The notes under the pieces: generated by a model
Databases searched by the model: none
Told to the model about the DNA's origin: nothing
What the model saw: only the letters and a program-made list of their open reading frames with translations
Part shown: piece by piece, positions 9,943 through 19,530 of the stretch
Position numbering within the stretch: position 1 is the first letter of the stretch
Layout: every line of letters begins with the position of its first letter
Program-made: the position numbers and the translations under genes
Source of the DNA: a virus
Lineage: Duplodnaviria > Heunggongvirae > Uroviricota > Caudoviricetes
DNA length: 64,000 nucleotides
Virus record (IMG/VR): IMGVR_UViG_3300029305_004950
Location: 125,430 to 189,429 of that record
Strand: one strand, 5' to 3'

Positions 9943-10500
9943 ATGAATAATAACGAAAATGCAACTGTAATTGTAAAGGATAGAACTATCATTTTCTCTG
10001 GTGTTATCGATTCTGAAGCCGCTGGTAAAGGTATTTATGCTATCAAATCAATTGAAGATGAAGATAATGATAATGAATCTCATCTAAAGACTTATAATAG
10101 AGAACCTATCAATCTTATCATTAATTCTAATGGTGGTAATGCTTATGATGCATTAGCATTGATTGATGTAATTGAAACTAGTAAAACTCCTATTCATACA
10201 TATGCATATGGGATGATTATGAGTGCAGCATTACCTCTATTTGTAGCTGGTGATAAGAGATTCTGTGGTAGACGTGTAACCTTTATGCATCATGAAGCTG
10301 CTGCTAGAATTGATGATTATTCTAGTATTATTTCAGCAAAAGCTAAAGAAGTTGAACGTGTCGGTAAGGTTATTGATGATGTCTTAATTGAAAGAACTAA
10401 AGTTACTGATAAGATGGTAAAACAGTGGTATAATGAAAGAGAAAAATATTTTGACGCACAGGAAGCATTAAAGTTAGGAATTGTTCATGAAATTCTATAA
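9943..10500 (+). CDS. ClpP-family (S14) serine protease-like protein
   Basis: INSNGGNAYDALALIDVI...GMIMSAALPLF...MHHEAAA aligns with the ClpP blocks i.S.GG....g.AIyD......G.AASMg..ll and MIHQP (candidate Ser and His). Confidence 0.65.
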   Translation: MNNNENATVIVKDRTIIFSGVIDSEAAGKGIYAIKSIEDEDNDNESHLKTYNREPINLIINSNGGNAYDALALIDVIETSKTPIHTYAYGMIMSAALPLFVAGDKRFCGRRVTFMHHEAAARIDDYSSIISAKAKEVERVGKVIDDVLIERTKVTDKMVKQWYNEREKYFDAQEALKLGIVHEIL

Positions 10501-10519
10501 GTAAAGGAACTTTTGGTTT

Positions 10520-11455
10520 ATGGATGGTGAAATGAAAAAGTTTATAAAATATTACAAAAAAGAATTTGATAATAATGGAAATTTGATTGATACTAAAGAA
10601 GTAAAACTTTCATTTGATAACATGATTAAGCATTCAAATTGTTTTGACTGGTATTACTTATCTAATAACATAACTGAAGATACTTGCACCAGAGATTTCA
10701 TTACAACATTTGGCGAACATCTTAAATGGTATAATGGTAATTTCCTTATGTATGTGCCTGATGATATAATTCTAAAAAATATGAATCGAATTGATAAAGG
10801 TTCTATTTTTAGTAGAAGACAATTTTCAGAAGAATTTTGTAGTAAGATTTTGGATGATATTTTGAATACATCTCCAAAATATGCTAATGACATGTACTTT
10901 ACAAACTTGAAGTATATGATAAAGTATCAAAAGAATCTTTCAAATGACTTCTTACAGAAATATCTTTTTACTAAAATCACTACTGATAAGGTTAAAGGTA
11001 TTATTCCAGACTATCGTGTAGGAGAGTTAATGAGGAATCTAGCTGAATATTTTCCTCTTACAGAAGAACAGTATTTGATTTATATAGTAAAAACTTCTAA
11101 ATATACAACCAAATTTAGTAGATTTACAGCTTTAGTTAATGCGGATAGTAATTACAGTCTAGATTTCATTAAAAATCATAGAAAAGGTTTAAATGAAAAA
11201 GCTTTCTTAAATACCGATCAAGTAAAATACTATCTATCACATAATAAGATTTCTGAAAATGCATTAACTGTATTTAAGCAGAGAATTAACTGGATCGATC
11301 TTATTAATAGCCATGAAACAAAAGCTGAAGTTTTAGAATATATGGGAAAACACTGTAAGAAAGAAATATTTGATACTATAATGAAGCATTCAGACAAACT
11401 AAACAACAAAAAGAATCTAGAAATAGTTAATAGATCAATTTCAGAAAAAGTGTAA
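10520..11455 (+). CDS. hypothetical protein, Trp-bracketed repeat family member
   Basis: 311 aa; the N-terminus (DWYYLSNNITEDTCTRDFITTFGEHLKW) resembles the repeats of 7511..8734. Confidence 0.5.
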   Translation: MDGEMKKFIKYYKKEFDNNGNLIDTKEVKLSFDNMIKHSNCFDWYYLSNNITEDTCTRDFITTFGEHLKWYNGNFLMYVPDDIILKNMNRIDKGSIFSRRQFSEEFCSKILDDILNTSPKYANDMYFTNLKYMIKYQKNLSNDFLQKYLFTKITTDKVKGIIPDYRVGELMRNLAEYFPLTEEQYLIYIVKTSKYTTKFSRFTALVNADSNYSLDFIKNHRKGLNEKAFLNTDQVKYYLSHNKISENALTVFKQRINWIDLINSHETKAEVLEYMGKHCKKEIFDTIMKHSDKLNNKKNLEIVNRSISEKV

Positions 11456-11581
11456 AGTTAGAATTTTTAAACATATATTCTAACTATGATAGAATTATAA
11501 AGAGGAGAAAGGATTATTATAGAAAATTTCTGTGAACCTTTCTCCTTTTCCTTGTCTATAAGAAAGGAGATTTAAAGAAAA

Positions 11582-11914
11582 ATGTTTAAAATTATGAAAA
11601 AGGAAAAATATGAACTAAGATACTTTTCTGTAAAAATACCTGATGTTGGTATTGAAAGCATGAATAGCAAACAATTAGAAGCCTATTATTCGAAAGAAAA
11701 AATCATTCAATTAGCACAAGATAATGTAATTGAAATTTCATCATTTACACTATCTAAAATGTCAAATGAAGCTATAATTAGATTTAGTGTATTTGATAAT
11801 TCTTTAAAAGATAAGTTTTTAAACATTCTTAATAAAGACTATCGTGAATTGTTATTGATCAGAAGTTTGACACCGTTAGGAAGAATTAGAAATGTACACT
11901 GGATCTGCAAATGA
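11582..11914 (+). CDS. hypothetical protein
   Basis: 110-aa ORF. Confidence 0.45.
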   Translation: MFKIMKKEKYELRYFSVKIPDVGIESMNSKQLEAYYSKEKIIQLAQDNVIEISSFTLSKMSNEAIIRFSVFDNSLKDKFLNILNKDYRELLLIRSLTPLGRIRNVHWICK

Positions 11915-12338
11915 AAAATTTTTTAGTATAGCTAGAAAAGCAGCTGAGATGTCAAATTTTTATAGATGTCATACTGGTTGCGTAATAGTTTATAAAGGTG
12001 ATATTATTTCATCTGGTTATAATCAAAATAAAACTCATCCCTTGCAAAAAGTCTATAACAAAGAAAGATATGAAGAAGATAGTACACCTCATTATATGCA
12101 TGCTGAGATACATGCATTATCTAGTGTAATTAATGATACTTCTATTAATTGGAAGAAAGTACATATCTATTTATATCGTATTAGTAAGAAAAATGTATAT
12201 GCTTTAGCTAGACCTTGCCCTGCATGTATGAAATTGATACATCATTTAGGCATTAGACATATACATTACACTACTAATAATGGTTATGCTCATGAAATAT
12301 TGAATGAGAGAGGAATTGAGAATGAAATTTGTATCTAA
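11892..12338 (+). CDS. dCMP / cytidine deaminase family zinc enzyme
   Basis: HAEIHAL (H-x-E) and PCPACMKLI (PC..C) zinc-ligand motifs of the CDA fold. Confidence 0.8.
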   Translation: MYTGSANEKFFSIARKAAEMSNFYRCHTGCVIVYKGDIISSGYNQNKTHPLQKVYNKERYEEDSTPHYMHAEIHALSSVINDTSINWKKVHIYLYRISKKNVYALARPCPACMKLIHHLGIRHIHYTTNNGYAHEILNERGIENEICI

Positions 12339-12519
12339 AGAAAAGTTATCTAAGAAGAAACAAAAGGAACTAAACAAACAACATAGAAATTTTTGGTTGA
12401 TAAATCCTATTACTAGAACTCCTAAAAATCCCAAAGCTTATGATAGAAACAAAGAAAAGAATTGGATGAAGAGTCTTGATGACTCTTGATATAGAAAGGT
12501 TTATTAAGCGATTTAAGAG

Positions 12520-12714
12520 ATGAATAACTTTAAGGTTAAGGAAATGCAGAATATTCTTAGAAATAATGGTTATGCAAAGAAAAGACATCGTGGATCTCAT
12601 GAAATCTGGTATAATGATGATAAAAATGATACTGTAGTTATTACTAATCGTAAGAAAGGTGTTAATTACTTTACAGCAACTAAAATGATGAAAGAACATT
12701 GTATTGTAAGATAA
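12520..12714 (+). CDS. HicA/YcfA-like small protein (putative mRNA interferase toxin fold)
   Basis: 64 aa; LRNNGYAKKRHRGSHEIW...V.I..RKKGVNYFTATKMMKE matches the HicA pattern (GSH...h....K...tl). Confidence 0.45.
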   Translation: MNNFKVKEMQNILRNNGYAKKRHRGSHEIWYNDDKNDTVVITNRKKGVNYFTATKMMKEHCIVR

Positions 12715-12715
12715 A

Positions 12716-12762
12716 AATTATAGAGGATTTCTTTTATAAGAAATCCTCTTTTTTTTATTGGT
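12716..12762 (+). terminator. rho-independent terminator
   Basis: AGAGGATTTCTT-loop-AAGAAATCCTCT plus T8. Confidence 0.6.
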
Positions 12763-12829
12763 TAAAATAGGTTTCAAATATATATAATAAAACTAGAATA
12801 CTTTATAAAAGAAAGGAGTTTGTAGTTTT

Positions 12830-13306
12830 ATGCAATATACTTTTAAATTAGAAATCTATACTGATAGTGATTTTAGTTTTCCATACATTCCTATTGGAAT
12901 GAAATATGGCATTGAATGTTATTCTTTAGAAAAAGACTTTAAAAATAAAGAAGCTGCAGTTAAGTACATTAAGGATATTTCTGAATTTCTTAAAACACAT
13001 ATTACTGGAGATAAATATGCTATAGAATCTTTTAAGTCAATGTTAGAAAGATTTTGTAAAAATTTAGAAGATAAACCAAATAACCATTTTCATTCTTGTG
13101 TTGATTACATGGGAGGAAATTATGAAGGAACTAGTATTAGTTTAGAACAAACTTTAAACAAAGTCTATATTACAGAACTTTTCTTAACTGATGAAGAATA
13201 TGATTTGTATAAAAGTGCAAAATACTTATCTTTAGGTGATATTAAAGATGCGGTTTTAGAAAAATGTAAAGAGATAAAGGAGAAGTATAAACATGTCAAC
13301 TACTAA
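12830..13306 (+). CDS. hypothetical protein (weak HicB-like N-terminus)
   Basis: 158-aa ORF, strong RBS. Confidence 0.5.
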   Translation: MQYTFKLEIYTDSDFSFPYIPIGMKYGIECYSLEKDFKNKEAAVKYIKDISEFLKTHITGDKYAIESFKSMLERFCKNLEDKPNNHFHSCVDYMGGNYEGTSISLEQTLNKVYITELFLTDEEYDLYKSAKYLSLGDIKDAVLEKCKEIKEKYKHVNY

Positions 13307-13487
13307 TAAATGGAAAGTGACAGGTTATTATGGTTTCTCAGATTATGATGGTCCTGAAGATGATAACATTAATCTTATAATGGAAATGGATAAATCTGTA
13401 ACAAAAGAAGAATTAGAGTATTTATTATTCAAACGATATGAAAAATATAGATGTGTCGTATTAAAAACTAAAAAGGAGGAAATATAA
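13293..13487 (+). CDS. hypothetical protein
   Basis: 64-aa ORF overlapping upstream gene. Confidence 0.4.
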   Translation: MSTTNKWKVTGYYGFSDYDGPEDDNINLIMEMDKSVTKEELEYLLFKRYEKYRCVVLKTKKEEI

Positions 13488-13489
13488 AA

Positions 13490-15019
13490 ATGGCGACTAA
13501 AAAGAATCTAACATATAACGAAGATAGTATTAAAGTCCAAGAATATCCTGATAATGTAAGATCTAATCCTACAGTCTATATCAGTAGTCTTGGTAAAGAA
13601 GGTAATACGCATCTACTAAGAGAAGTAATTGATAACTCTATTGATGAATTCCTAAATGGTTTTGGTAAAACAATTACAATTGAAATTTCCAATAAAAAAG
13701 GTGTATTTAGAGTAATTGATGAAGGTCGTGGTGTTCCTCCTAAATCTATTGAAAGAGCATTTACTACATTACATGCTTCAGGTAAATTCGATAAAGATAG
13801 TTATAGCACATCAGGTGGTCAGCATGGTCTTGGTAGTACATGTGTTAATGCACTTAGTAAGTATTTCCTTGTCATTACACATGAAGGTGGTCATGAATAC
13901 TCTCAAAGATTTGAATATGGTAAGAAAGTAACTGAACTAAAAGATTTAGGAAAGTCTGATAAGGTAGGTACTATTGTAGAGTTTTGTCCTGATGAATCTG
14001 TAATGGATACATTTGAGATTGACATTGAATCAGTCAAAGATGAATGTAAGATGAAGTCTTTTATCAATAAAGGACTTACTATCATTATTAAGGACATGGA
14101 TGAAAAGAAACAGGCTAAGTATTATCATAAAGATGGTATTGAGGAATACGTACAGTTAAATGCTAAGAAAGCTCTATTTAATCCTATTACATTCTCTACA
14201 TCAACTACTGTTAACAAGGCTAATAAAGAATTGAATGTAGAAATCGATTGTTCCTTTACTTATGATAACTCTACTGATCCTATCAATATTAAATCCTTCT
14301 GTAATTCCATTTATACTAGTGATGGCGGTACTCATGAAACTGGTTTTAAAACAGCTCTTACTAGTTTGATTAAAAAGTATATTGCTGATAATAACCTACT
14401 AACTAAAAAAGATGCAAATCTAGACATTACTGGTGATTCAGTTCAGGAAGGTGTAGTAGCAGTAGTATCTATCAAACATCCTCATCCGATGTATGATCAG
14501 CAGTCTAAGAAAAAGCTTAACTCTACAGAAGTTTCTGGTGCAGTAATGAAAGCAGTTAATGCAGAATTTAGTAAGTGGATTGAAACCCATGCTAAAGAAA
14601 TGAAAGTACTTTGTACTAAAGTAATTGAATCTGCAAAGGCTAACAGTGCTGCTAAGAGAGCTAAAGAACTAGCTAATAAGAAATCTGAAAATGGAATTAC
14701 TGCTGTTTCTGATCTATCAAAATTAGCTAACTGTATTTCTAAGAAACCTGAAGAATGTGAACTGTTTGTAGTTGAGGGTAATTCTGCAAGTTCAAGTGCT
14801 AGAAATGGTAGAGATAAGCAAACTCAGGCTGTTTATGCTCTAAGAGGTAAGATTCTCAATACTAACAATCTAGCTGAAACTAAGATTTTTGAAAATAAGG
14901 AACTATCAGATTTGATTTATATCTTAACTGGTAAGAAAACTGCAATTGGTAAGAATTTCAATGTTGAAGACATGAAGTATCATAAACTGGTAGCCTTGAC
15001 TGATGCTGACGATGACGGT
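13490..15019 (+). CDS. gyrB: type II topoisomerase ATPase subunit (GyrB/ParE-like), exon 1
   Basis: GHKL ATPase motifs EVIDNSIDE, GRGVP, GGQHGLGS; Toprim EGNSASSS and DADDDG. The reading frame hits a stop two codons after the conserved DADxDG motif; the downstream ORF supplies the rest (HIASLILGF...PPLY). Confidence 0.88.
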
Positions 15020-16310
15020 AAATGACACATTAAGTCTGCATCAGTGAGAAATTTTCTAACAATACATTAGTATTAATGTTAGGAGGTTTCATTCAAATGA
15101 AAAATGAAAAAGAAACTAAAGAAAGATATGCTTCTGGTATTGAAAATTGTAAAAAACAAGCTCAAAATCTTAAACAAAAAGCATCTGAAAAATTTTTAAG
15201 TAAAGTTTACGAACAAGTTGGTGATGATTATACTTTTCTGGAAACTTATGTAACGAGTAAAACTAAACTCTGGGTAATACATAATGTTTGTGGACATAAG
15301 TATAGAGTAACTCCAAATGAGTTTACTTCTCATAAAAGACGTTGTCCAAACTGTGCAAATAAAAAAAGAGTACTTAATACTGGAATAAAACCTCATACAT
15401 TAGAATCTATTATTGAAAGTGTAAAAGAATTATCTAATGACGAATATGAGGTAGTTAGTAATGAGTATGAAAATAATAAAGAAAAAATTTGGGTTAGACA
15501 TAAAACATGTAGTTATTCATACCTTGTTCGTTATAATGACTTTCAGCAAGGATATAGATGTCCTTTATGTGCTGACATGAATAAAAGTCAGAATAATTCT
15601 AAACCAATACAGGATATTAAAAGTGTTCTAGATTTTAATAAAATTGAGTATGAATCAGAAGTGTCATTTGAAGAATGTGTAGACAAACGTTTTCTTCCAT
15701 TTGATATATTGGTTTATACTGATAAAGTCAATGATGAATACTTTTTAATTGAGTATGATGGACAACAACATTCTGATCCTAATGCACAATTTGGAGGAAC
15801 TAAAGAAGAAAGACTTATTAGATTTGAGCTAACTCAAAAACATGACACTATAAAAAATGCTTTTTGTGAAGAAAACAGTATAAAACTTTATAGAATTTCT
15901 TATAAAGAAGATTTGATGAGCAAACTAAGAAGTATATTGGAAGAAAATAATCTAATTTGACTTGCAGTGAATGCCGTCTAAAAACCTAGTTAACTGCGGG
16001 AAACTATCAATAAACACTATTTACTAAACTAAGATAGTAATATACTTAGTGGCAATGGGTAACTCCAAAGATATAGTAAAAAGAATAGTGTTTGATACAA
16101 TCGACGCAACGAAGTATCCTACATTTAGTAAAAGATAGGATATGAGTTCAACGACTATCGAAACCAACTAACTTAATGTTAGTAATAAGGTAAGTTGAAA
16201 TACTTACACGAAGGGAGTAGAGTAGGGAAATGTAAATTACAAAGTACCGAAAAGCTAGGCTATACTAATTTAGTATAGAAAATATAGTCTAAATTATGCA
16301 AAGTAATTTG
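15020..16310 (+). mobile_element. group I self-splicing intron with homing-endonuclease ORF in the P1 loop
   Basis: Internal guide GCCGTC (15973-15978) complements the exon-1 end GACGGU with a terminal U-G pair. P-like element AACTGCGGGAAAC (~15992), R element GTTCAACGACTA (16146-16157), S element AAAATATAGTCT (~16279). The intron ends in G (16310), giving an in-frame join DADDDG|LHIASLILGF. Confidence 0.75.
15097..15960 (+). CDS. intron-encoded homing endonuclease candidate: two Zn-ribbon-like modules plus a PD-(D/E)xK (Vsr/DUF559-like) nuclease domain
   Basis: ATG at 15097 with TAGGAGG RBS. Duplicated W..H..C..Y.V....F....RCP.CA modules; C-terminal RFLPFDILVY...LIEYDGQQH resembles the restriction-endonuclease-like fold core. 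Confidence 0.55.
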   Translation: MKNEKETKERYASGIENCKKQAQNLKQKASEKFLSKVYEQVGDDYTFLETYVTSKTKLWVIHNVCGHKYRVTPNEFTSHKRRCPNCANKKRVLNTGIKPHTLESIIESVKELSNDEYEVVSNEYENNKEKIWVRHKTCSYSYLVRYNDFQQGYRCPLCADMNKSQNNSKPIQDIKSVLDFNKIEYESEVSFEECVDKRFLPFDILVYTDKVNDEYFLIEYDGQQHSDPNAQFGGTKEERLIRFELTQKHDTIKNAFCEENSIKLYRISYKEDLMSKLRSILEENNLI

Positions 16311-17135
16311 CTTCACATTGCAAGCCTTATCTTAGGATTTGTATATAGACATGCTAAACCCATTTTGGAAAAAGGTTACATGTATATTGCAATGCCTCCT
16401 CTTTATTCTATCATTGAAAGAAATAAGAAACGTTATTTCTTAAATCAAGAGGAATATGATGCATATATTGAGGAAAAGATTTTTGAAAACTATGTATTTA
16501 GTTGTAATGAGATAGGTTTAAATAAGACTAAAGCTAAAACCATTCTTAAGAATTTTGAAACTTACAAAAACAAAGTAAGTGAACTATCTACTAGTACAGG
16601 TATCAATATGTATTTAATTGATGATGTATGTGATTATTTACGTACTAATGAAAATGCAACAAGTAAGGATATTGTGAATTTATTAAAACAGATTGGTGAT
16701 TTTGAATTCTTTAAGAATGATGAAGGAAATTCTGAGATTAATGGTCTTTATGATAATAGCTTTGTAAATGCAGTAATTAAGGATTTAGTAAAGTCTGCTA
16801 AAAAAGCTAAGAAGATTCTAGAAGATCTTAGTATTCCTGAAGAAGTATTCATCAATGATTATCATCTATCAATTAAGAACTATCAAGACATGTATAACAA
16901 GGTTACACCTAAGTCCAGAAGTCGATTCAAAGGCTTGGGAGAAATGGATGCTAATGAACTTTGGGAAACTACTCTTGATCCTTCAGTTAGAAACATTATG
17001 CAAGTTGTACTATCAGATGAAGAAAAGACAGATGATACTATGGATACACTACTAAATTCTAATAGTAAGTATGCAGACAAACGTAAAGTATTCTTAATGA
17101 AAAATCAGCAAAAGATTAAGGAATTAGAAATCTAA
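16311..17135 (+). CDS. gyrB: type II topoisomerase subunit B, exon 2 (C-terminal)
   Basis: HIASLILGFVYRH...YMYIAMPPLY... matches the GyrB region following DADVDG(S)HI; the KGLGEMDANELWETTLDP block matches the GyrB C-terminus. Confidence 0.85.
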   Translation, partial: LHIASLILGFVYRHAKPILEKGYMYIAMPPLYSIIERNKKRYFLNQEEYDAYIEEKIFENYVFSCNEIGLNKTKAKTILKNFETYKNKVSELSTSTGINMYLIDDVCDYLRTNENATSKDIVNLLKQIGDFEFFKNDEGNSEINGLYDNSFVNAVIKDLVKSAKKAKKILEDLSIPEEVFINDYHLSIKNYQDMYNKVTPKSRSRFKGLGEMDANELWETTLDPSVRNIMQVVLSDEEKTDDTMDTLLNSNSKYADKRKVFLMKNQQKIKELEI

Positions 17136-17146
17136 CTAATACAAAA

Positions 17147-17182
17147 AGAAAGTATCTTATTTTAGATACTTTCTTTTTTTGT
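17147..17182 (+). terminator. rho-independent terminator
   Basis: AAAGAAAGTATCT-loop-AGATACTTTCTTT plus T-run. Confidence 0.6.
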
Positions 17183-17242
17183 TTTAATAGGATTTATAAC
17201 ATTTCTATAATGAAAACTATTTTTAAGGAGTGAAATTACTAT

Positions 17243-17593
17243 ATGGCACAAGTTACTATAGATGCAACTCAGGATTACAAAGTTACTGACATTAGAAAAA
17301 ACGTCAATAATAAGTATGATACTACTATTAAGATGCTTAAGAAGTGGACTATGGAAAACTTCTATTTCAATAACAATGTAGTTCATTATCTACATCCAGA
17401 AGCAGCTTACACTACTCAGATTGATAAATCCATTAGATGTAATGAGGTTGTTTATAAGAAGTCTGAATTCGATACCCCTCTGTCTCATATGATGTACATG
17501 TTCATTGTTATTGGTAAAACAATGGAAGAAGATGAGAGAATTGAAGCTATTGATGCTTTATGTAAGTCAGTTGAGGATGACTCTGTTGTTTGA
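17243..17593 (+). CDS. hypothetical protein
   Basis: 116-aa ORF, AAGGAG RBS. Confidence 0.5.
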   Translation: MAQVTIDATQDYKVTDIRKNVNNKYDTTIKMLKKWTMENFYFNNNVVHYLHPEAAYTTQIDKSIRCNEVVYKKSEFDTPLSHMMYMFIVIGKTMEEDERIEAIDALCKSVEDDSVV

Positions 17594-17722
17594 CTACCAA
17601 TGTTTAGAAAGAATCTAGGTTCAGGAAAACAAAGAAAATTTTGGTAATTTTCTAACTTTCTTTTTAACTATATATAATAAACCTGTCATAAAAATCAAAC
17701 ATTTTTAAGGAGGACATTAGTT

Positions 17723-18160
17723 ATGTATAGTTTTGGTAAGGAAGTAAGAGATCTAAAAGAAGCAGAAAAAGTTACGATTGATCTAATTGAAAATGGTAAG
17801 TTTAATGAATTTTTAGAAAAAACAAACATTGACAAAGACTTTTTAATTAGTAAGATTGAAGTGGCAGAATGTTTTACATTAGGAATTGACTATGATATCT
17901 GTCTAGAAGATTGCTTTAATCCAGAAACTCAGCAGTCGATTATTGATGAAATCAAACAGCGAGAAGGCTATGCTGACAATTCTTTAATTGTTGGAGATTG
18001 TTCTGTATATCTAGAAGATTCTGATAAGATGCTTTTTGGTTATTTCCTATGTAGTGATGTTTTCTCTAATACCAATACTGATAGCATGCTTCTACTATCT
18101 GTAGGTTTTGCTCTAGGAGAAGATATTGCCAATGCAACTAAGCAGTTTGTAACTTTATAA
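17723..18160 (+). CDS. hypothetical protein
   Basis: 145-aa ORF, AAGGAGG RBS. Confidence 0.5.
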   Translation: MYSFGKEVRDLKEAEKVTIDLIENGKFNEFLEKTNIDKDFLISKIEVAECFTLGIDYDICLEDCFNPETQQSIIDEIKQREGYADNSLIVGDCSVYLEDSDKMLFGYFLCSDVFSNTNTDSMLLLSVGFALGEDIANATKQFVTL

Positions 18161-18170
18161 AAACACTAAA

Positions 18171-18212
18171 AAGAGGATGTTTTATTCATTAAAACATCCT
18201 CTTTATTTTGTT
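18171..18212 (+). terminator. rho-independent terminator
   Basis: AAGAGGATGTTTTA-loop-TAAAACATCCTCTT plus T-rich tail. Confidence 0.55.
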
Positions 18213-18229
18213 TTAGAGGAGAGTTAATC

Positions 18230-18487
18230 ATGGAAAGCTTAAAGAATGTAATAGAAAATGAGCATATTTTTATAGTAGAAGTTGAAGAAGTTTTACAAAA
18301 GTTAGTTGCTATTAAAGCAGATAGTAAAGAAGAAGCATTAAAAAGAGCTAAAGAAAAATACAAAAATTGTGAACTTATCTTAAATGAAGAGGATTTTAAA
18401 GAAACTAGCTTTAAGATTTATGAATACAATGATCCTAGAGAAATCATAGAACTAGTAATCACAGCTTTAGCTAATAGAACTTGTTAG
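18230..18487 (+). CDS. hypothetical protein
   Basis: 85-aa ORF, AGAGGAG RBS. Confidence 0.5.
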   Translation: MESLKNVIENEHIFIVEVEEVLQKLVAIKADSKEEALKRAKEKYKNCELILNEEDFKETSFKIYEYNDPREIIELVITALANRTC

Positions 18488-18504
18488 AAAGGACTAATGA
18501 TGAA

Positions 18505-19530
18505 ATGACTATTGAAGAAATCAAAAATATGGTTAATGGTGAATCATACGATTTTCTAAGAACTAATCCACATCTTAAGGATAGAATCATTTTTCTTACA
18601 TTAGGTGGTAGCTATGCCTATGGTACAAATAATGAAAATTCAGATGTAGATGTTCGTGGTTGTGCTCTTAATAGTGTTAATGATATCCTCGGTATGTCAA
18701 ATTTTGAACAGGTAGTAAATACAACAACAGATACGACAATCTATAGTTTTAATAAATTGATTAAACTCTTAATCAGCTGCAATCCTAACACCATTGAATT
18801 ACTTGGTTGTAAACCAGAACACTATTTTTACATTACAGATATTGGTAAAGAACTAATAGACAATAGAAAAATTTTTCTTTCTAAAAAAGCAGTTGAGGAT
18901 TCTTTTGGTGGATATGCAACTCAGCAGCTTCGTCGTTTAGAAAATGCAATAGCTAGAGATAAACTATCACAGGAAGATAATGAAAGACACATTAGAAATT
19001 CCATGCAAAGATCTTTAAATCACTTTATTGATAAATATGGAATTTCTGATGGTAATGGTGTTGAACTCTTTATAGATAAAAGTAATCGTGATGATTTAGA
19101 TTGTGAAATTTTCTGTAAGATTTACCTTGACAAAATTCCAGCAAGAGATTTTACTGTTATGTTAAACTCTCTATCAAATGTAATTAGTAGTTATGGAAAA
19201 CTAAATCATAGAAATCATAAGAAAGATGATGCACATCTTAATAAACATGCAATGCATCTAATTAGACTGTATCTAATGGCTATTGACATTCTAGAAAAAG
19301 AAGAGATCAATACTTATAGAGAAAATGATATAGAATTTCTATTAAGTATTCGTAATGGAAGATATCAAAATGAAGATGGTACTTACCATAAAGATTTCTT
19401 TGATATTGTATCTGATTATGAAAAACGTTTAGTATATGCTAAAGAAAATTCTAGTCTTCCTATGGAGCCAAATATGGAACTTATTGAAGAATTTACAATA
19501 GATGTAAATAGGAGGTCATTAGATGTATAA
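18505..19530 (+). CDS. Pol-beta-superfamily nucleotidyltransferase (GS...D.D motif) with C-terminal helical domain
   Basis: LTLGGSYAYGTNNENSDVDVRG is the hG[GS]x9-13DhD signature (as in OAS/cGAS-like and minimal NTases). ATG at 18505 with AAAGGA RBS preferred over the track's TTG at 18481. Stop overlaps the start of the CCA enzyme gene. Confidence 0.55.
   Translation: MTIEEIKNMVNGESYDFLRTNPHLKDRIIFLTLGGSYAYGTNNENSDVDVRGCALNSVNDILGMSNFEQVVNTTTDTTIYSFNKLIKLLISCNPNTIELLGCKPEHYFYITDIGKELIDNRKIFLSKKAVEDSFGGYATQQLRRLENAIARDKLSQEDNERHIRNSMQRSLNHFIDKYGISDGNGVELFIDKSNRDDLDCEIFCKIYLDKIPARDFTVMLNSLSNVISSYGKLNHRNHKKDDAHLNKHAMHLIRLYLMAIDILEKEEINTYRENDIEFLLSIRNGRYQNEDGTYHKDFFDIVSDYEKRLVYAKENSSLPMEPNMELIEEFTIDVNRRSLDV

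Noticed and set aside
12830-13306. HicB antitoxin call for ORF 12830..13306
   Set aside because: Only a loose N-terminal resemblance. A terminator and promoter lie between it and hicA-like, and no DNA-binding C-domain is recognisable. Kept as hypothetical.
15076-15096. Upstream ATGs of the two intron ORFs (15076 and 59307)
   Set aside because: In both cases the sequence ATGTTAGGAGG/ATGTTAGGAG itself provides the RBS for the next in-frame ATG (15097, 59325).
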